Source: Chrysomallon squamiferum
Taxonomy: Eukaryota > Animalia > Mollusca
Length of the DNA: 64,000 nt
Reading direction: 5' to 3'
NCBI GenBank assembly: GCA_012295275.1
Contig: CM022672.1
Coordinates: 17,670,001 to 17,734,000, forward strand
A program made the position numbers and the translations under genes. The notes under the pieces were generated by a model that saw only the letters and a list, made by a program, of their open reading frames with translations, ran no database searches and was not told the origin of the DNA. Below, in pieces: positions 52,687 to 64,000 of the stretch (positions within the stretch are counted from its first letter, which is position 1; each line of letters opens with the position of its first letter).

Positions 52687-55600
52687 CTATAAGCCTCCAG
52701 GATTTTCTGAAAGCCAGAGCTTAAATGTCCTGTCATATGAACATGTGCACATGTATTTTAGATTTGGTGAGATGTCCATCCCCATCACCTTCCCTTCATG
52801 TCCAGCCATTGTCTTTAAAGGCGCCCAGTTTGGGTGAGCCCAAACCTGAAACATTAATTAATGGTAAGATTATAGTTCAATAATTATTCTGATTTTTTTT
52901 TTTTTTTTTTTATAGAGTTCATATTATAATTTTTTTTTAATAATACAAGGAATATTAGCCAAGATATTTTCTTCTTAATCATTATCTAAAAAACTTGCCA
53001 TTTAATTTCCATACATGATGATTACTACACAGTTATGATAATTGTAACTGTTATATTAAAATGGTGAATAAAAATTAAAGTGTGCTTATGACAGTAACAA
53101 CAAACGGGCTATGTACGTTTTATATACTGTTTTAATTTATTTCTGGGGACATTTTGGTAAAAATAAATAAAATGAAAAGTTCACAAGGATGCAGAAAGGG
53201 AGATATTTCTCCATCAGGATACCATTTTTAAAAAGAAATACTAAAAAAAAATTGTGACCAACTGAGTAAATTAATGTAAACAATTGGGAAAATCCTGGGT
53301 GTATCAAGGATTTTTGTACCTGATTAAACCATTAAATAAAGCAAGAAATATCTGCCTCCTTGCATTCATGTGAGATTCTTATTTTATGTTCATTTTATGT
53401 TGTAAGCAAAAAGAACCAAACTGAGCAAACATTAGGAATTATAGAAAATTATTTATCCTGTTTCCTACTACCACAGATATCCCAGGATTAATGAATTATA
53501 TAGGTTGCACTTAAGCCACTTCAGCTTAAATACACTTTACACCATTCGTTAACTATCATCTGTAATAACACACATACCTTAGCTGTGCCATCATATGATG
53601 CTGTGACAAGGTAATTGCCATGATGTGCTGAAATAAAGAAATCACAAGTTTATAAAGCGGAAACTGTAGCCATGAGATTGATAACAGAAAATGGAAATGA
53701 AGAACATAAGCACATTAAGCAAACACCAATACTAAAAGATGCAGACACAAATGTGTATATTACAAGTAAAAAATTAATAAAAATTTGGAGAAATGTTAAA
53801 AATCTGGCAGTGTCTATCCAGTTAAAATTGCCAACTGGATATAAAACAAAAAGAATGAAAGAGCTGGATATGATATATATATATACTTTTGAAACTTAGC
53901 ACAAACTAAAGAAATATATACATACGCTGAAAGCGAACAGTAGAAACTAGGTTGGTATGACAGGGGATTGTGTATATGCATTTTCTTTGTCTTAAATCCC
54001 AGATTTTTGAAGAATTGTCCTCACTGCCTGTGGCTATGTGATACCTGTAAAAAAACAATTAATGCGAAATGTATATATTATTTATAAAGCAAAAAGCAGC
54101 ATATTAATTTATCACTGTTTTATAGTTTAAAATAATGTAACAGTGATGGTAAGTATCAAACAATGAAACTTTTAGGTAACTGTGTTTACATTATTGTTAA
54201 TCATTTGATATTTTGAATATAAGCAATTTATGAGTAATTTTATTAGTGGGAGTTGTGGTCTTCAAGCATAAGACTAAGACTTTTTAGAGTCATGTAGTAA
54301 TTCACAATATGGATTATTACAAAAAGACCTTCAGTAATTCTTCAACAGGAAAAATAAATATATGATATAAAAACCCACATAAGAAAAGATAAAAAGGCAG
54401 CTTATAGTGTGTCACTTACCCATCAGAATTGAAGTTCACTGACAGTATGGATTTAAGATGACCCTCGAGAAACATAACACAGCGACCAGATCGTAGATCC
54501 CAAACACGACCAAAAGCATCCAGTCCTCTGTAATAACAACATTTCTCTTAAATCACATGTACCAAGTTTAATTTACTGTTTTGTAGTAATCTCCAAATTG
54601 ACAAACAGAAAATTTGTTTTTATTTAATTAATTTGGTTATTTTTGAACAAAATTACGAGAACTATAACAACTCCTTTATTGAATGCAATTCTTTTTATTT
54701 ATTTATTTAATTAATTTGTGCAGTACTTTGTTAATATTTGTATTTAACATACTTAGTAACAACGTATTTATTCAGATTTAATATAAAGCTGATGTTTTAA
54801 TGAATTATGTGTTGTTTATGTAATTTACTGCATTTACCCTGTGACAGCTAGAGCGCCGTCATTCTGGAAGGCGATGTCATACACTGCTTTACTGTGACCT
54901 TCTTGGTGCAGGATCTCCTCCTGAGCTTCCAAATCCCAGAATCTCCAGGAATTATCAAAGCTTAAAACAAAAATAAAAAAATAAAACAAACATAAAACAC
55001 TTTATCTTTTTCTTAAACATTTCTATATATATATACACAAATATTTAAGAAAAATCTATATATATATATATATATATAGATAGATAAATGTTTAAGAAAA
55101 AGAAAAAGTAATTTATGTTTGTTTTATTTTTAATTATTTATTATTACCAACTTACACTTATAGCATAAAATGACACAGGAAAATTGCAAACACAGCAGGT
55201 TTCATGTGTCTTTGCAGGTTTGTTATATTATTTTACCACTCTATAATTAACAAATACTTTTCATAATACCTACATAATAAACAAACGTCAATCCTAAAAA
55301 ATATTCAATAATGAAAATACATTGAAATTTCCATAACAAAGGACCCCAAAAGCATATAAATAAACAAATAATATGCAGCTTATTTAAATTAAAAAAGAAA
55401 TTAAAACAAAAGAACAACCAGTATATATTAGTTAGTTTACTTACACACAAGTGCCAAGAAATCTGCCAGAAGGATGAAAAGCCAATCTGGACACTCTAAA
55501 TGGAGCATGGCCTTCTATATCAGCTATAGGTTCATCACTGAAATCACAAAATAAATTGTTGAAAATGTATTATCATAGTATTACACTTCGTTCTATAAAA

Positions 55601-58600
55601 TGTTTTTTGTTTCTTATGATGAATGACTTCTGTGGGAGATTTGCTACCATACTGAAAACATTATCTGAAACGCATTTTTAATGTGACAGAACATCAGATG
55701 GCATAATTCTGTATTCTGATATACTGCTTACTGACTTCAAGATAATGTACATGCTTTACAGGTACTTTTATCCATAAATCAAGACTTGTTTTAAAACACC
55801 CATATAACGCAAACTTAATCTAACTAACATTTATTTTATTTTTTCTTCAAATGATCATGTTGTCATTCTGGGTCAGTCCTAAATTTTATAAAAAAAAAAT
55901 TTCAATTTTTCATTTCCAATTTTAAATACATAAAATAATGTTACTGTATCAACTTACTCAACCAGGTTCCACAGTTTGACTGTACCATCCTGTGCACAGG
56001 ATGCCATACAACATGTAGTGTTCTCTAATGACAAGGTAGCCTGGGGGTGAAATACTATAGCACCAACACTGCAGTTATGACCTGGTAAAACAATTTTAAA
56101 AATGAAAATCAAACATCACTGAAGGGGTATAAAATTTAAAAACAACTGGCCATTAGAGATAAAACAAAAATACAGTACCTAAATGAAGGCTGGTTTATTT
56201 TGTTATCATTCCTTTAATTTATGAAGTTTGTTATGTGATCATTATAAAATGTGTTTTTGAAGCAGTATGGTTTAAAATCACTAGTCAATAGCCATATTTA
56301 TGTAGAATTTTCTAATAATGAAATAGATATTGAGATATTCTTGTAAAGGTAGCTAGACAGAACAAAATATTTTCTATATCAAATAAAAGTAATGAAGTGA
56401 TCTTTTAAAAAAAATAAAAAATAAAAAATGCACTGGGGTGTGCTTAAATGAAGACACTGTCTTTTAAAGGAATGCATCTGAATAAGGTGTACCAGTTAAT
56501 ACATAGCAACCAAACCATAAACAATGAGTTATCCAGCACTGACATTTAGTAATACTCTTTCAAAAAAACTCACCAAGCATATGATTATATCTAAGCAAAA
56601 CTACAGAAAACGATAACTGATAAAAATGTCAAAATATAAGCAATGTATAATAGTGATAATTCAAATTAATTAAATGTTTTTCTAGACTTAAAAAAATGTA
56701 GCTGGCTCACCCCCTGAGATCACGAATGTGTTTACAATCTGGAATGGACCACAGTTTACACAGGCCAGACCTAGAAGAAAACAGTTATTAATATTATGTC
56801 AAATAATGATAGTCACAGATGCTAATTTTAATGCTTTAATTCAGAGAAAATGTCTCAAAGAGAAAATACTAATTTCTTATTTAATTTTATTTTACAAGTA
56901 TCAACAACAGAAAGAAAAAACAAAAAACAAAACAGCAGCATGTGTGTGTGTGTGTAATATATATATATACATATATATATAGACACACATACACATACAG
57001 ACAAAACCTACAAATATAAATATATAGTTGAATATTACACTGATACAGAGGAAATTATAAATATACAAACTGAACTGAAAATGGTTTTCTAATGAAATAT
57101 ATTTAACAGTAATACAAATATACCAGGCATCACAAAATGATGACTAAGGTTGTTTTACAAAGTTTTGTCTGGAATGAATTCTTACCAAGAAGCTACAGCT
57201 AACATACTGGAGTCTGGACTGAACTGACAGAAAGACAGTGGACGACTATCACCAATCTGACTGCACTCGTTAGTTACAGACTGAAAACAAAGAAATAAAA
57301 GTATTCTAATTAATAATACAATTATATAGATACATATACACCATAGAGAGAAATATTACGTAAATAAATGCATGGATCTGAATATAATTTTGCATGTGTA
57401 TCTAAATACTGTGAAGAGAAATGACCTACTAACATGTTATCTATTTTTTGTATTATTCAAATTTAATTTCATTGATTAACAAGAAAAGAAATGAAAAGTA
57501 ATAATCCACATAACTGCATAATTAAATCTGAAAACATTTTAATTCATTAAATAAAAAGAAATGCCTGAACAAAGAATTAAAAATGCATCTCTGACAACAT
57601 GCATGTCCCTGTTTGTATATATTTATGTTGAAAATGAGTTGAATGAAATAACTCACTCTTATTCTTTTATGCAGATCTTGTATTGCTGCATTTCGCTGTG
57701 CTGCAGGCATGTTCTTAACAGCCTTCTGCTTCTGTATTCGTTCTTTTGCTCTAAAACAAATATTAAGTATTACTTAAATATAGCTCCATTTTTTAAAATG
57801 AAAGACATACATCAACAGTTTTCTCTTTATTTGTAAACATTCACAAAAGATTAATAACATCCACTAACATAAACCATTCTGACTAAACTAAAAATATTTG
57901 CCAATGATTAACTAAATACCTTTTTAGAACAAATAATAATTCAATGAACTAAAGTCCTAAAAAAACCACATAATTTACAGCTGCTACCAACCAGACAAAA
58001 TAATAATTACCATTAATAATATTATTACTAATAATAAATATAAGAATGGAAATTAAAATTATGCTTAATTCTATTAATGCATACCTTGGAATGGAATACT
58101 GTGCCAACCAGTACCTTGCATCTTTCAGACTTTGTGGTCCTTCATGGTACCAAGTGACATTTTCCTAAAAGAAAAAACAATTTATAAATAAAGTAAATAA
58201 AATACATACATATACAAACAAACAAAATAAAACTGAAATGGATATTTACTATTTGGTAATTTACTCTTTTTAATCACAATGACTGAGTTACAAAATACAA
58301 TTTCACAGAACATTCTAAACTTTAGATAGGTGATATAATTTGAATATTATTTCTCAGTCTTGCAATAAATTTATTTGACCTGCCTATTTTCAAAATCACA
58401 TGTTGAACTTCATGCTATTATTTATTATTTAAATTATAATTATTATTCTACTTTTATTTTATTATTATTATTTTTTAATATTCTGTTTTAGAAGACATTT
58501 ATTTTCTTTTTAATATTTTTTGGCTTCTAAAGACATTTCCTTTTATTCTTCAAAATATTCAGTTTATGAAGGCTTTTTGCAGTTTCTTCTGTAACAATTC

Positions 58601-58906
58601 TAATCATTATTTTCATTATTTTATTTTATTTTACATTAACAGAGAAATTTAAATTACTGATAAACTAATGTCAGCAAGTCTGTACAACAGTCACAGTAAG
58701 TAACTGGTATATTCAAGAAAATCAAACTGATATTAGCTAAATATTAAGAGAGCCATATGGAATTACATCAATGCTTCCATTAACAAAAACATTAGTATAA
58801 CATGCATTCTAAAGATAAAATCATCAAAAATATATTAATGGAATAATCTAAATCATACTAGATTATATATTTGTGTATGTATATGTTTATATGTATATAT
58901 ATATGT

Positions 58907-58947
<41 letters not shown>

Positions 58948-61368
58948 ATGTGCATACTCAATTAAGTATTCATTATTATACAAGCTAGTGTTTAAAACAA
59001 CAATGAATATGTTTGAGAATAAATTTTGTAATTTAATTTTTTTTTTTTTTAAACCTCTTCTCGTTTTCGTTTGGCAGCTTCTTTTTCTTGTTTTTTCTGT
59101 TTTATTGCATCTTCTCCAATCTGAGATAACAGTTTGCGTAATCTTTCTCTTCTTTCTGCAGGTCCTTCTCCAAACAAACCTGTATTAAAAAAGTCATAAC
59201 AACTGAAATTACATTTTTAGAAAAAAACAAAACAAAAACACTTCAAAGAATTCAGAATTATTTTAAATTATAATTTTATTAGGACTGTTTCTAATTAAAA
59301 CTAAAAAAAACCTAAAATAAAGATCTATTGAAATATTTTTCTCTCACAAACTTTACAACATTTTAGAAGATTTGAGAACAGATTCTAATGTGTGGTTTTT
59401 AACTTTTTTTTAAACCCTATACCACCCAAAGCACAATAAACATTCATACTTATTTATTAGACATTCAAAAATAATATATTTTAAATATGCAAAAGATTAA
59501 ATTAACTGCTATGAGGTTTTTCCCTTATTTTCAGGGGTTATTTTTTATTTTTGCTAGACAAAGGGTTTTTGTTCTCTTGGTGGTTTTAAGGATGTGTTTT
59601 TAATGAGAGAAATAGCAAAGAGTTTTTGTTTCTCGTTGAGTTTTTAATATCATCATTAACTTAAGTGTTATCATAAAAGGAATTCTATCCAACATTATCT
59701 GAACACATAGAGCTGAATAAAATTAAAATTAAAACTTTTTTGTCAGTGGGTCATGCTTTATCCATAACATTTTTGGTTATGAACTCATCTGCATTACTCC
59801 CTCCCTGAAAATTTTGGGTTGAAAACCATCTCTTTTTTTATCCATATTTGTTATTAACTATGGTAATAATAATTTTCAACAGTTATAGCAAACCTTAGTG
59901 TTTTTGTTCACAAAAACATACAACCAATTTTCATTATATGCGAAAAATACTGGCATGACATTTAACATTAAAAAATAGAAAGGTCTTATTTTTATCTCAG
60001 ATGCAAGTATTTTTATACCATGATGAATGGTTTCACTGACCCCTTTTTTTTTCAGCATAAGCAGTTTTTGACAGAATCAGTATACCAGCTGACAACACTT
60101 AATAATTCATTGCTAACTGGGGTGACTGTGTGTTCTGAGTTAAATATTATTACCTATCTTCTTTCAAATCCTAAATTATTCTGATCTGTAACACTGTCTA
60201 TATCTTTTGCTTTAATTAAACTACAGAGTAATTCACACAGAGGAGTATTTCATCTTGTAACCTGAAAAAATTATACCATCAGATATGCTGATTTATTTGG
60301 TTTACTTCCATGGTGGGCATATTTGCTTTAGCAGGGGAAATGCCTTTTTCTGCCAGTCTATAACTGATTCCCAATCAAATTATTTTTAAAAAAACTTGTG
60401 TTTGTAAGTCACAATTTAAATATATAACAAAAATAAATTAACCACACACATAAAAATCAACTCACATATAGGTTCTGCAAGATGTCTCAGTGTTGCTTTG
60501 ACTTCAGTATCATCAGTGGAAACCTGGATCTGGCGAGCCTTAAAGTGAAAATAAGAAATACGAATAAGAAATAAGAATAAGAAATAAGAACGAAAAATTT
60601 CTTTTCTTGTGGGTTAATATGTATCTACATGCACTTACATATTCTAATAATATAATGCTTCAAGTAACTAATAATTTTAATCTGAATCAAAATAATTACA
60701 CATTTTACCTTTTTTCTTTTTTCAAACTTAGCAAGAATTTCTGCTTGAGTATCAGCTTCACTTTCTTCTATGTCGAAATGACCACCTGGAATTCAAAATT
60801 AAATCATTTTTCTGCTTAACTAAATATTTTAGAAAAAAACATCTCAGTGGATTTAATATCGGTATAACATTCTTTTAGCAGTCACGGTAGCACAATTATC
60901 TCAAATGCACTATAAAGAATAATTAAACTGTAGAAATACCCTGGTTATCTTAACATTGCAAACAATGAACAACAGATATGTACTTGATATTTGTACTTAT
61001 AACACTTTTGTAACATGAATTACTTACATGGTATTTTTAGATAATGCCTTTCAATTTAAAAAAAAATAGTGTATATAGTATTTGTAGATAACATTACGAT
61101 AGCCATAAGTGTGTTTATGATATCTTCTCATGAAAATAACAGCATAGGTCGTATTTTATCTATATAGCCTGAAAATGAGAAAAAGAATCTAACCAGGGGT
61201 GATGTTGATATTTCCAGATTCTATTCCAGCCTGAACTGCATCAGATGCCAAAGAGCCAGATGTATTCTCATTAGCCAGACGTGCCCGTTCTTTATCCTCC
61301 AAACTGCCATAATGGAGGATCTTAGACTTCTTTGGCACTACCAGATCAATTTCTTCATCATCAGACAT
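52687..61368 (-). CDS. PRPF4: U4/U6 snRNP protein Prp4 (WD40), ~517 aa, 15 coding exons
   Basis: Exons 61368-61194, 60785-60709, 60538-60466, 59179-59055, 58164-58085, 57750-57657, 57280-57186, 56770-56711, 56081-55958, 55537-55445, 54960-54838, 54527-54420, 54044-53926, 53627-53578 and 52845-52687. Motifs: [24 protein letters not shown] (SFM/PRP4 motif), [17 protein letters not shown], and WD repeats ending SYDRTFKLW. There is one apparent 1-nt phase clash at the exon 8/9 junction. A 5'UTR exon donor is near 62380. Confidence 0.93.
54978..55130. repeat. Imperfect inverted repeat around (TA)n in a PRPF4 intron
   Basis: aaaataaaacaaacataaa...ctttttcttaaacattt pairs with aaatgtttaagaaaaag...tttatgtttgttttatttt. 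Confidence 0.7.
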
Positions 61369-62639
61369 GCTGCTCTGTGTAAGTTCATAACAGCAGTGAA
61401 ATACATTTGACATTAAAAGCAATATACTGTTAAAAATATTTGATTTTTTTTTTTCAGTATGTAGCAAAACATAATTGATTTTTAAAATCGCAATAATTTT
61501 AAAATAAAGACAGGAGTTGTTTCTATTGCATATTACAGAAAGCATATTTAATTTTCTTCATTTAATTTTTATATTTTAAAATAACAGAATTAGTTTCTTC
61601 TTAAAGTATTTTTTAAATATATTGATTTGTGTGCATTTGGCAATACTATGAACTGGCTTATTTACAGTTTCCAACAGATCATATTTAGAGATAATTATGT
61701 AAAAATTTTAAATGGACAGGTATGTTATGCTGGTAAGTTTCTTATCAATTAATTCAATTACTTCTGTAGAAGGAATGCAGGGATCACTGAATACATGTTT
61801 AATGACAGCTTGAAACAAAACTACAATGCTGTTACACCGATGGTGGATATTCAGAAATAGACATAAAATAAGTTAATAGTATGTAATAAATCTATATATA
61901 GTAATATACATATGATATATGATAATGATTGAATTTGCACTCAACGACAATGTAATACAGTTATACAGTCATTAAATAAATTTATGTCGATATATACTGA
62001 TAATCATAATAACAACGTTCACCCTGACTCAAATAAAGTGTTGTTTTTTGTGTGTGTTTTTGTATTTTAAAAAGTTTTCAGTTTGAACTGGTTAGTTAAC
62101 CGCCTGGAAACCGGTTGAATGTTTGAGTTAAGGAGAGAACTCGACACGTTTTTGTTATTTATAGTTAATGTTAATAGCTTACTAAAGTCAACTTCACATT
62201 CCATAACAATATCTGAAACAAATTAATATTAAAATTTGTGAATTTTTATTTTATTTATTAATACTATTAATACTAATAGTATTAAAATTTATAATAAAGT
62301 ACGAAATTATGTAGGATTTTTGTTTTGTTTGTTTTCATTATCTACTATCGACTTATCATCTATTATTTATATTTACTAACCTGCACCTTAAGTAATTTTT
62401 AAAAATATATTTCAGTCTTTGTGTTGGTATGTATCTGGTCAACACAGTTGATCGTTCAGGTTTCGTTCAATGGACGCAGACATCTTTAATACCGGTAACT
62501 GAGTAAAATGTTATATGTGATATGTTACAACCAGAAATAGCGATATAAATAGGTCAAACGGTTTATAAATATATTTTATTATTCTTTTATTCACATTATC
62601 AGTGACCATTTTATTAATTATAATATCATTATTTATTTA

Positions 62640-62670
<31 letters not shown>

Positions 62671-62982
62671 TCATTATTATTATTATTGTTATTATTTTGT
62701 ATTATTAAAAAATTAAAATCATCTTAAGCAGAATTTTCAAAAACATTGTTTCATTTTCAATGGAGTTTACCGGTATTTAAACTGATGCAGAAAAGTTTAC
62801 CGTTTCTTTACTCGCTTTTTTCCCAAACTGTTTTCTGTTAGAAATCATACAATGGTAACAAATAATAACGACACCGGTCGCACCGGAAATATTTTAAGGG
62901 TTTTACTTTATTTATTACGCTTATTGACTTAGTACTAGTCAGCTTGAAAGTTGGATTTTGGTCATGAAAAATTTCGTTCACG

Positions 62983-63216
62983 ATGTTGCGAAGGAATCCT
63001 ACTCGAATCGAACATAAAATTGACGATCTTGAGGAGTTTGAAAACTTTAAAAAGGAAAAAGAAAATGAACAACGAAAGCAAAAGCTTGCTGTGTTCGACA
63101 GTTCATTAACAGATTCCAGTGAAACATCCATGCGTAGCAGAACGGAAGCGGTACATGCACGAATTGGTTACGACCCAAAGCCAATTAAACATCCAACCCG
63201 ACTTCCAATACAGTGA
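62983..63216 (+). CDS. CDC26: Anaphase-promoting complex subunit CDC26 (APC12), 77 aa, intronless CDS
   Basis: The N-terminus MLRRNPTRIEHKIDDLEEFE matches the diagnostic CDC26 start [20 protein letters not shown]. C-terminal RIGYDPKP. Confidence 0.93.
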   Translation: MLRRNPTRIEHKIDDLEEFENFKKEKENEQRKQKLAVFDSSLTDSSETSMRSRTEAVHARIGYDPKPIKHPTRLPIQ

Positions 63217-63390
63217 TAAAAACATTATTTCGAAACGTTATTACAAGTCATAAAATATTGTTCATATGAAACAGAAGTAATAATAACAGGGAACGTTAAT
63301 TTGTGCGTTTATTGAAAATATAAAGTTTTGCAACATCATTTTTGTGTCATTTACTCAGTTTGTTGTATAGTGAAAAAACAAATATTAAAA

Positions 63391-64000
63391 ATGGTGTTCA
63401 CTGGCATTCCAACTGTCTACAATCCATTGAAAGCAGGAAGCATTGATGGCACTGACACTGAACCACATGACCATGCTGTGTTTCGGGCTATGAATGCAAC
63501 ATACAAACCTAATAAATTTGTATGTGGAGACCCAGAAGCTACTGTGTTTGTTGCAAGACTTAATCGAGTTAAAACTAATGAAGAATCTCTCCAGAAAGCA
63601 TTTGACAAATTTGGTAAAATAAAACATATAAGAGTTGTTAGAAATATTGTGACAGGATTTTCACAAGGATATGCTTTCATTGAATTTGAAGATGTTAAGT
63701 CTGCAATATGTGCCAGTCGGGATGGAAACAACATGGTAGTGGATGACTTTGAGCTTCTTGTTGATATGGAATGTGAAAGAACTTTAAAAGGATGGATTCC
63801 AAGGCGACTTGGGGGAGGATTTGGAGGAAAGAAGGAATCTGGACAGCTTAGGTTTGGATGTAAAGACAGGCCATTCCGTAAACCATTTATAATTGGAGAA
63901 GAAAAAACATTTGAAAGGAAGTTAAGCAGAAGTGATGAATATTGCAGAGATTATAAAATCCCAGGAAGGTCTGGAAACCAAGATGATGAAGACCGTTCAC
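63391..64000 (+). CDS. SNRNP35: U11/U12 snRNP 35 kDa protein (RRM), 3'-truncated by the window end
   Basis: Open frame from the ATG at 63391: YNPLKAGSIDGTDTEPHDHAVFRAM...TVFVARLN...VTGFSQGYAFIEF...ERTLKGWIPRRLGGGFGGKKESGQLRFG, matching SNRNP35 signatures. It is absent from the ORF track because it has no stop in the window. Confidence 0.93.
   Translation, partial: MVFTGIPTVYNPLKAGSIDGTDTEPHDHAVFRAMNATYKPNKFVCGDPEATVFVARLNRVKTNEESLQKAFDKFGKIKHIRVVRNIVTGFSQGYAFIEFEDVKSAICASRDGNNMVVDDFELLVDMECERTLKGWIPRRLGGGFGGKKESGQLRFGCKDRPFRKPFIIGEEKTFERKLSRSDEYCRDYKIPGRSGNQDDEDRS

Noticed and set aside
53165-53395. Degenerate inverted repeat in the last PRPF4 intron
   Set aside because: Probably an old MITE, but termini and TSD could not be defined.
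63385-63734. Minus-strand ORFs 63385..63627 and 63417..63734 (and 62838..63131)
   Set aside because: Antisense shadows of the SNRNP35 and CDC26 coding sequences.

Overview
AT-rich, microsatellite-rich eukaryotic genomic DNA from an invertebrate animal. It looks lophotrochozoan or mollusc-like, but that is not provable from the sequence. Hand-assembled spliced gene models give eight recognisable genes: BNIP3 (-), BBIP1 (-), a MYORG/KIAA1161-like GH31 protein (+), a C10orf82/SPMIP5-like PGY-repeat ciliary microtubule inner protein (-), a Nanchung/OCR-type TRPV channel (+), PRPF4 (-), CDC26 (+) and SNRNP35 (+, running off the window end). There is also one intronless orphan membrane-protein ORF and several MITEs and hairpins. 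The top finding is that the TRPV gene carries two tandem, homologous, frame-incompatible exons (45065-45210 and 46715-46863). Each encodes the whole S5-S6 pore loop but with a different selectivity filter (MSLGQFAD vs MSVGDFDD), suggesting a channel whose pore is swapped by mutually exclusive splicing. Other notable signals: the GH31 protein lacks its predicted catalytic Asp residues; CDC26 and SNRNP35 lie only 174 nt apart and appear to share a promoter with PRPF4; a dense HRE cluster sits upstream of BNIP3; and an RFX X-box lies in the divergent promoter of two ciliary genes. All coordinates were read by eye and no database searches were run.
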